Shown: piece by piece, positions 21,212 through 30,862 of the stretch
Position numbering within the stretch: the first letter of the stretch is position 1
Layout: each line of letters starts with the position of its first letter
Assembly (NCBI GenBank): GCA_021513715.1
Contig: CP084167.1
Location: 1,664,001 to 1,728,000, forward strand
Direction of reading: 5' to 3'
DNA: 64,000 nucleotides
Origin: Candidatus Heimdallarchaeum endolithica
GTDB taxonomy: Archaea > Asgardarchaeota > Heimdallarchaeia > Heimdallarchaeales > Heimdallarchaeaceae
The notes under the pieces: generated by a model
What the model was told of the DNA's origin: nothing
The model's database searches: none
Seen by the model: the letters and a program-made list of their open reading frames with translations, nothing else
Translations under genes and position numbers: made by a program

Positions 21212-23379
21212 ACACTCAAAAAAAACTAATATTTAAAAAAATTTGCTGTAACCAAAAGTAATTTCTAATTGATTATTGATTCATGTTTTGTACAATAGAT
21301 TAATCACTGTTGGGCAGGGTATTACAAAAACATTTACTTATATAATTAAAATTGAGGTAAATGATTATGTTGAATTGAAAGTGAAACTTTCCTCTACTAG
21401 GGATTAAAATGGAATGCAGTTGCAAAGTTACATACGGAATCGTTTACTCTTGTACAACTAAATTATATATCAGAGACACTACACAAGACCTTGAATTCTT
21501 TATTGAATCTGATGATATACTGACATCCTCGTTTATCTATGACCCAATCTTCTGGTTTAGTCCAACGGAATAAAACAGCAGAGGTGATATAAATTAAGAA
21601 GAGATTAGAGTTCTACATTTTTTTCTTTTTTTTATTATTTGCTTATAGTAGCAGCATGAACTTGAGCATAATTAATAGTCGTTATAGAATTGAAGGCGAC
21701 AATTATAATGAATTAAAACATGAAAGGTCTTCATTTATCACAGACAACAATTTTAGGGATAGTAATTATAAAGAAAAAAAGAAACAAAACTTAAATAATA
21801 ACCAGCTGAATAAAAAAATAAAATTAGAAATAAGTTTTGATATTGTTTTTGATAAAGATTGGATAGTTAATGAATCAATTACAGTTGTAGGAAAAACTAT
21901 ATTACTAAAAGGAAATCTAATTGTAAACTCAACAGGGAATATCACAATAGAGAATTCTATTTTAATATTTAACTCTTCGTGGATAGTTAATAATGGAAAT
22001 CTTGTAGAAGATGCTTTACAGATTAGAATTCTTGGAGGTAAAACTATTTTTATTAATACTACAATATCAGTTTTAGTTCCATTTGTAGAATTAAGTTATA
22101 ATCAAATACGTAATAATTACTTTACGATAAGCGCAGAAAAATCTTCCCAGTTGTACTTTATAAACAGCGAATTGAAACATTTAGGAATTATAGATAACAT
22201 AAATAGTGGGATAAATGTTAACCAAATAAGTGAGTTAAAACTAGAAAATTGTAATATTAACGCATTATGGGGAATTCTTTATGCTAATAATACAGACAGG
22301 GTTGTAATCAATAATTGCAAATTGAACTCAAGATTGAGGGGTGATATGAGATTTGGAACAAATTATACCATGGTAACTCTAAATGGTGGAATTGAACATA
22401 TAATTACACACAACAATTTCTTTAGAAATGAGGAAACAAATTCTATAGAATATTCAGAAGAAAAAATAGACAGGCTTGTTATCTTGAATTCGAAGAACAG
22501 TATTATTTCAGAAAACACATTTAAACAAGCAAGATCTTATGATAATTCCTTTGGTCTAAATGTTAGAAACTGCACTTCAACGATAATTAATAACAATAAA
22601 GGGCCATCAATGCACATGCATTTAAAAGGTTCTAGAAATATTACAATAACACAAAATCACTTTGGGCAACTAAAGGTTCATAATACCTACGAATTGTTAC
22701 TTAAATTCAACATAGCTGAAAATCTGGAACTCGCTAACTGTTCTTATATAAACGTCAATTACAATATTTTTAATGCTACAAAGGAAAGAATCTATGATAT
22801 AGGATCTTGCGTTTTTCTAATGGGTTCAAATGAATATATTAATATTTCATGTAACATTAATGCAGCACCTATTTTGGAAAGTTCATTTTATACAATAACA
22901 GCAGAAATAAAGAACAGTTTCTTTTATATGAATAATCAAGTTGGCCCCATATATATAATTGATTATCCAGATTTCTATGAGAAAGTGTTTAATTTCTCAA
23001 TAGAAAATAAAAGAGAAATAGTAATAGAATACCCAAAACTATCAGTAAATCAATATTACAGTTATAACAATCAAGGTAATTTCTATTCAGCCGATATACA
23101 AGCAAGTTTAGAAAATATATTAGAAGATTTTAACAACGATGGTATAGGAGATGCATCTTTTCCAGTATCGTCCGTTCCTATAATAATGGATGAAAAGCCA
23201 TTAATGTTCCCCATTACATTTAATAATAATTTCGATCAAAAAGCCCCAACTCTTAATCATAAAAATTATTTTCCAGGTGGCGATAATTCTATTTATGATA
23301 CCATCTATGCTAGTGTAACTGACAATTTTATGTTGGCAACAATCGTAGTAGCTTATGATTTAGGTTCATCTGGTTCATG

Positions 23380-23749
23380 AGTTGAAATTTTACGTAATTT
23401 CTTCAGGACTCTCCCCAACCAATCAACAAACTTAGCGAAAGTTGTGAAGACTAGCTTAAGAGAACATGAAAGACACAGTCTTAATTAAGTTCTCTAAGGG
23501 GTTCATCTCCTTACCCCGGGCACTCATAACTCCCAAAGGGAAGACCGGGTGTCGTAGGAATGAAACCTACGTCTTTAAGCATCTAGCTCAAGACACTACA
23601 TAAATGAGAATTAAATATATAAAGATAGCTGAAAAGTTGTTACACTCCCCAATATTTTGTATGTTTTATTTATGCAAATGTGTTTCTGGTTGTTATTGGT
23701 CTAATAACTCCACAAACTAAAAATTTAGTTTTTTACGTAAAAAAGTATC
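23380..23749. mobile_element. 370-bp non-coding insertion element with subterminal inverted repeats and a structured core
   Basis: TCATG direct repeat at 23375-23379 and 23750-23754; both ends read CATGAG-N6-TTTTACGTAA inward; no ORF; precise removal repairs the host gene. Confidence 0.88.
23424..23596. ncRNA. Putative multi-stem structured RNA inside the 370-bp element
   Basis: GC-richer than flanks. Stems: GCTTAA/TTAAGC (23454/23575), GAGAAC/GTTCTC, AAGAC/GTCTT, GGGGT/ACCCC or AAGG/CCTT, CCCGG/CCGGG, TCCC/GGGA, CGTAGG/CCTACG. A minus-strand TTTATATA box lies at 23616-23623. Confidence 0.6.
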
Positions 23750-24037
23750 TCATGGACTTTTAAGACTATGATAAAGGACGAATTTACAGGAGAATTTATT
23801 GCAAAAATTCCTAAATTGACACAAGGGATAAATAAATATTATTTTATTGTATGTGATATTTTTGGGAACAAATTGAAAAGCGAAATTTATACTTATAAGG
23901 TTCCGACCATTACTTCACAGACTTCATGGCAAACCTTGAATTCCTTTCTAGGAGTATTACTTTTAATTTTTTATCTGAAAAAAACTAAACTCAAAAGGGC
24001 TCAAAAATGTTAAACATTTTATTTTTTTCTCTTAGAC

Positions 24038-24147
24038 TAGTACTTCCGCAATAAGTTGACCGATTTCTATAGGTTAAAATTATAGGCGTTCATACTATCA
24101 TTGAGGTATTCTCAATTCATACTTTATGAGATAATTCGGAAGTACTA
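24038..24147 (+). mobile_element. 110-bp MITE, copy 2
   Basis: Same TIR; TSD TTAGAC (24032-24037, 24148-24153); 4 substitutions versus copy 1. Confidence 0.95.
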
Positions 24148-24188
24148 TTAGACAGAACAATAAGAATGAAAACTCAAACTCTTCAAAG

Positions 24189-24293
24189 TTAAGATGAATT
24201 GCGTAGTAAGCATACTAAAAGATTCATATAATATAATGAAGAAACAGCAGACTCTCCTCCAATAATCACAACATCATATAATTCATTTGTCAT
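24189..24293 (-). pseudogene. Truncated duplicate of the 5' end of the geranylgeranyl reductase gene
   Basis: MTNELYDVVIIGGESAVSS versus MSNELYDVAIIGGGPAGSS; nucleotide similarity of 24241-24293 to 21159-21211 extends into the upstream region. Confidence 0.8.
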
Positions 24294-24383
24294 AAACCCA
24301 AAAAAAGTTATGGAAAAATTGTTATAAATAAAAATTAATAGTTGATCATTGTTTCACAATTTTATGTTATAGTTTTTGTTAGA

Positions 24384-24983
24384 TTAAGATAAATGATCGG
24401 TATTATTGAATTGGCTAATATAAAAGAGACCATTCTCATAAACTATCTTTGAGATTGAACTTGGTTTAGGGTAAAATCGCCAAAAGTTGGATGGGTGAGT
24501 TCTAGTAATATAAACAAATATCAAATTTATTACTGCTCCATGAGTAACGAGAACCACAACTTTTTCTTTTTGTCTTTCAAGTCGCTTAAACAATCTGTGA
24601 ATTCGATCTAAAACTGTGTAAAATGTTTCTCCATTCGGGATAATAAAATCGTGTGGATTAGAAAACCATTTTTCTTTTTCTTCTCCAATAAAGATTTCAT
24701 CAAAGGTTTTTCCTTCCCAGTCTCCAAAAGACATGTCCAATAAATAAGGTTCTTCTTCAAAAATGGCTTTAGGGTGATATTCTTTTATTTTCTCTGCCGT
24801 TACTCTTGTTCTAGAAAGCTTACTATAGTAAATAGCTTCTATAGGAACATTAGCAAGAACTTCACCTGTTTCTTCTGCATGCTTAATTCCTAATTCTGAT
24901 AAAGGAATATCTTTTCTTCCTCTAAATCTAACAGCTCCAACATTATACTCTGTTTCTCCGTGTCTTACTACATATATTTCCAT
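24384..24983 (-). CDS. Histidine phosphatase (phosphoglycerate mutase / CobC-like)
   Basis: VRHGET, FGDWEG, PNGET, LVTHG. Confidence 0.92.
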   Translation of the reverse strand: MEIYVVRHGETEYNVGAVRFRGRKDIPLSELGIKHAEETGEVLANVPIEAIYYSKLSRTRVTAEKIKEYHPKAIFEEEPYLLDMSFGDWEGKTFDEIFIGEEKEKWFSNPHDFIIPNGETFYTVLDRIHRLFKRLERQKEKVVVLVTHGAVINLIFVYITRTHPSNFWRFYPKPSSISKIVYENGLFYISQFNNTDHLS

Positions 24984-25173
24984 TTTTAACGCATTTATTC
25001 AAAATATATAATAGAAAAATGTTTCTCAAGGGTAACAAACAAAAACTATCATTATTTGTTTATCAGTTTTTATATTTATCATCTGATATTAAGATTTATA
25101 GTCATACGATAGTGGAAAGAATATTTTTATATGTGCGAATGAACTTTTACACTATTAAGGAGACTGATGCAAG

Positions 25174-25854
25174 TTGCACCTTACTGAACATTCATTTTTT
25201 GATTTAATAGACATTGTTCATTCAAATGATCGTTGTGTTGAATGCGGTGCTTGTATTGCCGTATGCCCTTTCCAAGCGATAATTTCTAAAGATTTTATCA
25301 TCAACGAAGAGCAATTAAAAAAAGGCAAAAAAATAGAATTACAAAATTCATTTCATATTTTTTATGGGGTAAAAGAAATAGTAGAAAAAAGGACAGAGTT
25401 CAGTAACAAAGTAGTAGCAAAGTCAAAGGGTAGATGGAAAGGAATTTTCAGTAGGAAAAAGAAAACAAAAAAATTTGAAATAGCCAAAGATATCATCTCT
25501 ATTTATGTATTATCTGATGCAGGAGTGCCAATGTTTACTTATCCACAAAATGAAGAGCAAGAAGTTTTGATATCAGGGATATTTGGAGCATTAACTCTTT
25601 TAATTAATTCAATGTCAAGAGGAAATCAATTTTTAAAAGAAGTAAATTATTCAAATATGACACTAATGCTAGAACAAAGAGAAGGATTAATTGTAGCATT
25701 ACTAGTAAAAAGATCTAAAAACGAAATAAGAGATAAATTAAATAGTTTTGCTGATGAACTTGCTAAAGAAACAGTGATTTTTGAAAGAGGTCAAATAGAA
25801 GAAGTCCCAAACCAAGACAAAATGATGGATTTAATTACAAAAAACTTTCAGTAA
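25174..25854 (+). CDS. 4Fe-4S-motif protein fused to a longin/roadblock-like C-terminal domain (start uncertain)
   Basis: CVECGACIAVCP; C-terminal IYVLSDAGVPMF...LISGIFGAL...LKEVNY...IVALLV pattern. Confidence 0.55.
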   Translation: MHLTEHSFFDLIDIVHSNDRCVECGACIAVCPFQAIISKDFIINEEQLKKGKKIELQNSFHIFYGVKEIVEKRTEFSNKVVAKSKGRWKGIFSRKKKTKKFEIAKDIISIYVLSDAGVPMFTYPQNEEQEVLISGIFGALTLLINSMSRGNQFLKEVNYSNMTLMLEQREGLIVALLVKRSKNEIRDKLNSFADELAKETVIFERGQIEEVPNQDKMMDLITKNFQ

Positions 25855-26099
25855 ATATCAATAATTTCTTTTTTTTTATTTTAATTTTTACTAAATAATA
25901 GAAAAACACTATTGCAAAACTTCAAAAAGTTCAATTTTATAGTGAAAATAGTGAATTTTTTAGAAAAAAAGTTAAACTTTACAATTCTGAAAAATAAAAA
26001 TTACATCTAGTATCCTTCATCTTTCATGTATTTAGTAAAATTAAAAATCTTATGTCAACAATAATTAAGTTAAAATTCAGAATGAATAAATAACTCTAT

Positions 26100-26528
26100 A
26101 TGGGAAATTATCGTTTACTTGAAAATGAAACTACTGGAGATTTTGCGTTCGAAGCCTATGGTTCATCACTAGAAGAATTGTTTAAGTATGCTGGTTTAGC
26201 TACAATGAGTGCAATGGTTGATCTTAGCCAACTTCAAGGAAAACAAGAATATTCGTTTGAAATAGAATCACCTAATCTTAACATGCTTTTTTATGAATTT
26301 CTTTCAGAACTTATTTTTGTTAAAGACGTAAAAATGGTTTTTTTCACTGATTTTGAAATTCAGATAAGAGAAAACAGTGGTTACAAACTTCATTGCAAAG
26401 CAAAAACAACACCAATAGATAATTTAAAACAAGACCACTTTACTGATGTAAAAGCTGCAACAATGCATCATTTAATAGTAGAAAAGCAAGGTGAACAATG
26501 GTATTGTAAAGCCATTCTTGATCTCTAG
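26100..26528 (+). CDS. Archease (RtcB activator)
   Basis: TGDFAFEAYG.SLEELF, FLSELIF, DVKAATMH, C-terminal ILDL. Confidence 0.92.
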   Translation: MGNYRLLENETTGDFAFEAYGSSLEELFKYAGLATMSAMVDLSQLQGKQEYSFEIESPNLNMLFYEFLSELIFVKDVKMVFFTDFEIQIRENSGYKLHCKAKTTPIDNLKQDHFTDVKAATMHHLIVEKQGEQWYCKAILDL

Positions 26529-26594
26529 TTTTTGTTACAAATATTATTTTTCAAAAATTCAGCCCACTATTTATAAAAAAAATATATAGGGATA

Positions 26595-27077
26595 TTATAC
26601 AATCCTTTGTTTTCCTCCAGGAGGATTAATGAAAAATACAGTTAATAATAATAAGAATATCCCTAAAGATTCCTTAAATGTCACATTATTTACTATATCT
26701 TGGGGTAATCCTTCCCTGAATACTGTAATTGCTTGAAATCCAAAAAATATTACAAGTAGTTGTATAAAGAAATAAATTAAGATGGTTATAAATGCTCCTC
26801 TGATTAGGTATCTCAAAAGTTTTCTGTCTTCATCTCTTCTTACCCTACTTAACAAATAATCAGTTACTAATAGTGATGAAGCTGTTAACACTATCGCACC
26901 AAAAAGTGGGAAAGCGATTACTAAACTAATATATCCTACTTGGTTTAGTTGCACAATTTCGCTGAGATAATAATAGTGAGGCAACTGTGCTATCATTGAT
27001 ATTCCAAATAAAATTAATATACTGGGTAAAGCTGCTTCTTTGTTCCAAAATCTTGATTGTTCACTCATAACTTTCAT
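26595..27077 (-). CDS. Hypothetical four-TM membrane protein
   Basis: 160-aa ORF with four hydrophobic segments. Confidence 0.6.
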   Translation of the reverse strand: MKVMSEQSRFWNKEAALPSILILFGISMIAQLPHYYYLSEIVQLNQVGYISLVIAFPLFGAIVLTASSLLVTDYLLSRVRRDEDRKLLRYLIRGAFITILIYFFIQLLVIFFGFQAITVFREGLPQDIVNNVTFKESLGIFLLLLTVFFINPPGGKQRIV

Positions 27078-27147
27078 TCCTTAACATTAGGGATGTTTTT
27101 GCTATAATCAACAGTGTTTTTTTTAACTTTTCTGTTCAAGTTTCTAG

Positions 27148-28710
27148 TTAATGCATATCTTCTTCAAAAGAATATCCTTTCTCTATTCTAAATTCACAGT
27201 AATTATATCCTGTTCCATGACATTTTGTTTCTGTTACAATTGGTGGGTCTTTCAATAATAATGCAAGTCTTCCAGCTATGTATCCTGAAGTAAAGTCACA
27301 TAATGTTTCTCCTTTACTTTCTCCATCTTCAGTGAGATTTATTCCTGAAGAATAGGCATTTTCATAGATTCTAATGTACATTTCATCTTCGTCTTCACCG
27401 TCAATAACTTCAACAAAAGAATATTCTCTTTTTAATATGTTTGTAGGATGAGTGAGATAAAGTTTTAAAATTTCAACTGCTTTCTTTAGTGATTCAATAG
27501 GCAAACTTTCTTCTTCTAGTACATCATATATTATTGTTTTACCTGGTCCAATTACACCTAATTCTCTTCCAGCAGAATATAAGAGTGCTCCACAGAATTT
27601 ATCTCTAAACTTTAGAGACATTATTTGCTGCTGTAAAATACTTATATGTACATAATCTACATCATTAGGACGTAAAGCATTAGTCATGAGTAAAGATTCA
27701 AATCCATTTTGACTTGTCTCATGAATCAACTCAAAAAACATTTGCTTACGATACTCTGATTTTGGCAAATCTCCTAAATATTGAATGTTTTTTTTACTTT
27801 CATCAATTTCTTTTACTTTATATGGAGCTTTTCCTGGTTCTTTACCCAAAAACACTTCAATTTCAAATTCGCAATAGGGGTCACCAAGTCCTTTACACTT
27901 TGTTTCCACAACAGAGGTAGCAGAACCAGTCATTGCTTCAACTGTACCAGCAATTTTTCCAGCAGTAAAATGACATAAAGGTTCTCCTACATTTATTACA
28001 CCAGAAACAGTACAAAGGTCGTGAATTCTGAGTGTTGCTTTATAATTTTCAATACTAGCTATATCACAATGAGTAGCTTGGTAAATTGGAATATCATTAT
28101 TATGGCTATATAATTTAGCCAACGCTATTAAGACCTCTTGAAAACGTTCTTCAGGATTTACTGCTTGAACATTAGGATTTAACACTGTCAGATAATAAGG
28201 ATCAGCACCATAAATTCCTAATTCCCTTCCGCTTTGGTAAAGTAACTGAGGAACTAATGGATCTAACGCAAGTAATGAAAGAACAACTTGTTGATATACG
28301 CTAATATGACAGTAATCTCCAATAGTTTTTCGAACAATATTCTGAGAGATGAGAGAAGAGATTGTGTTTTTTGTCAAAACCATCATACTTTCTTTTCTCT
28401 GCGTTTTTTTATCAGTAGCCACCATTAGAGGAAGAATATGGCTCCATAATTTATCCTTAATATCGTCTTCAGTTATCATACCCTTTGCAATTACGCTGTC
28501 ATTCATCATAATAACAGGTACTGACATTACATTATACTGAGAAGCAATCTCTGGTTCTTCTGTTATATCTACTTTTGTTACACTCACAAGATTTTTTAAA
28601 GAGGTTCCTGCTACTTGCTCTACAACATGCTCTACTGATGGGCATGCGAAGCATGTAGGACTAGTAAATAATAACAATCGAACCTTAGATTGCATATCTT
28701 CTTCTGACAT
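27148..28710 (-). CDS. Thioredoxin-like domain fused to two V4R domains
   Basis: TSPTCFACP and VMSVP (cis-Pro) at the N-terminus; two copies of LC.FT.G.IAG...ETKC.G.G..YCEF. Confidence 0.85.
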   Translation of the reverse strand: MSEEDMQSKVRLLLFTSPTCFACPSVEHVVEQVAGTSLKNLVSVTKVDITEEPEIASQYNVMSVPVIMMNDSVIAKGMITEDDIKDKLWSHILPLMVATDKKTQRKESMMVLTKNTISSLISQNIVRKTIGDYCHISVYQQVVLSLLALDPLVPQLLYQSGRELGIYGADPYYLTVLNPNVQAVNPEERFQEVLIALAKLYSHNNDIPIYQATHCDIASIENYKATLRIHDLCTVSGVINVGEPLCHFTAGKIAGTVEAMTGSATSVVETKCKGLGDPYCEFEIEVFLGKEPGKAPYKVKEIDESKKNIQYLGDLPKSEYRKQMFFELIHETSQNGFESLLMTNALRPNDVDYVHISILQQQIMSLKFRDKFCGALLYSAGRELGVIGPGKTIIYDVLEEESLPIESLKKAVEILKLYLTHPTNILKREYSFVEVIDGEDEDEMYIRIYENAYSSGINLTEDGESKGETLCDFTSGYIAGRLALLLKDPPIVTETKCHGTGYNYCEFRIEKGYSFEEDMH

Positions 28711-28959
28711 AGTTACCGCGTTTCCAAATTTCTTAATAGTTATTATTCGTTTATATTGAAAAAGATTTCTTCAATGCAAAAAAAATCTAAAAGAGAAATA
28801 ACAAACTCATCTATCATTGAAATAACTCAATCATTATAGAAACAAGCGAGACGTGTTTAAAACAAACATTTATCCAATATTAGTTTAAGAAAATTGAACT
28901 TTTTAGATAAAATTTTATTAATGACTAAAAAAAATGCACAAATGATTTGGTGAAAAAAC

Positions 28960-30165
28960 GTGACAGATATAACCAAAATTGAACGAGTTGCAAAGTTGTT
29001 AAAGAGAGAAAGAAAATTGCGCTTGGCAAGATTAAATGATGTGTATATGAAACCCATCGAAGGACCGACTGATCGTCTTGTGACCAGTGAAAAAAAAGAT
29101 TATATAATGTTAGGAAGTTATTCATATCTAGGTTTAATTAATCATCCTGAAATCAAAAAAGCTGCAAAAGAAGCGATTGACAAGTATGGAACAGGAGCTG
29201 GAGGAGTAAGATTACTTACAGGAACACTAGATTTACACAAAAAACTTGAAAAAAAAATAGCAGAATTCAAAAATACAGAAGATGCTGTTGTATATTCAAG
29301 CGGTTATGTTACTAATGAAGCTATTTTATCTAGTATTTTCAGTAAAGGAGATCTTATTGTCATTGATCGTTTTGCTCACGCGAGTATTTATAGTGGATGT
29401 ATCCTATCAAAAGCAGAATGGACAAGATTTCAACATAATGATATGGAAGATTTGGAAAGGATATTGAAAGAGAATAGAGAAAAATACAACAATATTGTTA
29501 TTGCAGTTGATGGTGTTTATTCTATGGATGGAGACGTAGCCAATATGCCAGAGATTATTGAATTAGCTAAAAAATATGATGCTTTTACAATGGTTGATGA
29601 AGCTCATGCTATAGGCGTTTTAGGTGAAACAGGGAAAGGTGTCGAAGAATATTTTGGGTTAAAAAAGGATGATATAGACATCAAAATGGGAACACTAAGC
29701 AAGACTATCCCATCAGTTGGAGGTTATATTGCTGGAAAAAAGGAACTAATGACTTTCTTAAGATACAGTTCTAATCCATTTATATTCTCTGCAGCTTTAC
29801 CCCCACCTAGTGCTGCAGCAGCTTTAAAAGCTTTTGAAATAATTGAAAATGAACCAGAGAGAGTTAAAAACGTTCAAAACAAAGCTAAAGAATTTATTAA
29901 AGGAGTAAAAGAACTTGGATTTGATACGTTAAGGAGTAAGGACACTGCAATAATCCCAGTAATTATAGGAACAGAAGTGAAAACTTTTCGTTTTGCGAAT
30001 AAAATGGAAAAACAAGGGATTATTGTTCCTCCAGTTGTCTATCCTGCTGTTCCTCGTGATGGAGGAAGATTGAGATGTTGTGTTATGGCAACACATACTG
30101 ATGAAGATATGGATAGGATATTGAAAGCTTTTGAAAAAGTAGGTAAAGAATTACAAATAATTTAA
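28960..30165 (+). CDS. PLP-dependent alpha-oxoamine synthase (BioF/Kbl/SPT family)
   Basis: GSYSYLGL, HASI, DGVYSMDGD, VDEAHAIG, GTLSKT, RLRCCVMATH. Confidence 0.9.
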   Translation: MTDITKIERVAKLLKRERKLRLARLNDVYMKPIEGPTDRLVTSEKKDYIMLGSYSYLGLINHPEIKKAAKEAIDKYGTGAGGVRLLTGTLDLHKKLEKKIAEFKNTEDAVVYSSGYVTNEAILSSIFSKGDLIVIDRFAHASIYSGCILSKAEWTRFQHNDMEDLERILKENREKYNNIVIAVDGVYSMDGDVANMPEIIELAKKYDAFTMVDEAHAIGVLGETGKGVEEYFGLKKDDIDIKMGTLSKTIPSVGGYIAGKKELMTFLRYSSNPFIFSAALPPPSAAAALKAFEIIENEPERVKNVQNKAKEFIKGVKELGFDTLRSKDTAIIPVIIGTEVKTFRFANKMEKQGIIVPPVVYPAVPRDGGRLRCCVMATHTDEDMDRILKAFEKVGKELQII

Positions 30166-30257
30166 ATCTCAACTTTTTCTTTTTTTTAGCAAAGAATTTA
30201 AGGTTTATAAAAAAGAAGAAAATTTGATTGGTTTTTTAAGAATTGCGTCAATTTTTA

Positions 30258-30420
30258 CTATTGACACTTCAGACTTAATTGTGTTAGGTAGAACGCATAA
30301 CTAAAGTTATTTTTTATTTATAACCCTCATTCCATTGACTGCTTCTACTCCTGTGATAGCTGACATTAAATATTCAACATTGCAATATCTGGATTAAACT
30401 TTTTAAATAATTTAACACAT
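30258..30420 (-). pseudogene. Remnant of a CheY-like receiver domain
   Basis: With one T restored it reads VKLFKKFNPDIAMLNILMSAITGVEAV, a degenerate PD...LDI.MP..TG.E motif with the phospho-acceptor Asp changed to Asn. Confidence 0.55.
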
Positions 30421-30628
30421 AAAGTTACACAATAAGACTGATAAACCAGAAAATATTTGCTCACACAAATTTCGACAATTTAATTATGTATTATTCAAAG
30501 AAAATATCCAATTTGATGAACCTTTTTCAATTCACTTTTTGTTTTTCTCATACTTTAAACCAGAAAGTTATTATTTTAAATTTGTTAAAGATCAAATTTT
30601 AACTCATATTTTTATTTTAAAGTATTTG

Positions 30629-30829
30629 ATGACAAAAGAAAAGATTAGAGAGATACAAGAACACACAGAACTTAACCATAAACGCATTGTTTTGCTTGTA
30701 GATACTATTAGAAACAATTTAGCCACAATTCAATTAGCTTCTCTTCAGTGTGATAAAATAAGTGAAACAAGTATCTCTGATTCTATCACGCCTATTATTG
30801 AATTTGTAGATTATATTGAAAAAAGCTGA
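30629..30829 (+). CDS. Short HisKA/DHp-like fragment
   Basis: LLVDTIRNNLATI resembles the D.IRNPL..I helix of archaeal sensor proteins; no catalytic domain. Confidence 0.4.
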   Translation: MTKEKIREIQEHTELNHKRIVLLVDTIRNNLATIQLASLQCDKISETSISDSITPIIEFVDYIEKS

Positions 30830-30862
30830 AAAAAATTAAAAAACTTGAAAAGACAATTAAAT

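Larger units (their letters stand above)
21593..24013 (+). pseudogene. NosD/parallel beta-helix surface protein interrupted by a 370-bp insertion (ORFs 21656-23380 and 23768-24013)
   Basis: Asn/Ile-rich beta-helix repeats, GNFYS, DFNNDGIGD, DEKPLM. Excising 23380-23754 gives in-frame ...GSSGSWTFKTMIKDEF...; C-terminal TM plus basic tail; probable ATT start at 21593 after GAGGTGA. Confidence 0.8.

Noticed and set aside
21350-21573. Possible small gene upstream of the beta-helix gene
   Set aside because: Coding-like fragments in shifting frames with no recognisable motif; too weak to call.
23380-23749. HEARO/omega RNA of an IS200/IS605 element
   Set aside because: Only vague motif similarity; flanking direct repeats and subterminal inverted repeats are not typical of IS200/IS605, and no IscB/TnpB remnant is visible.
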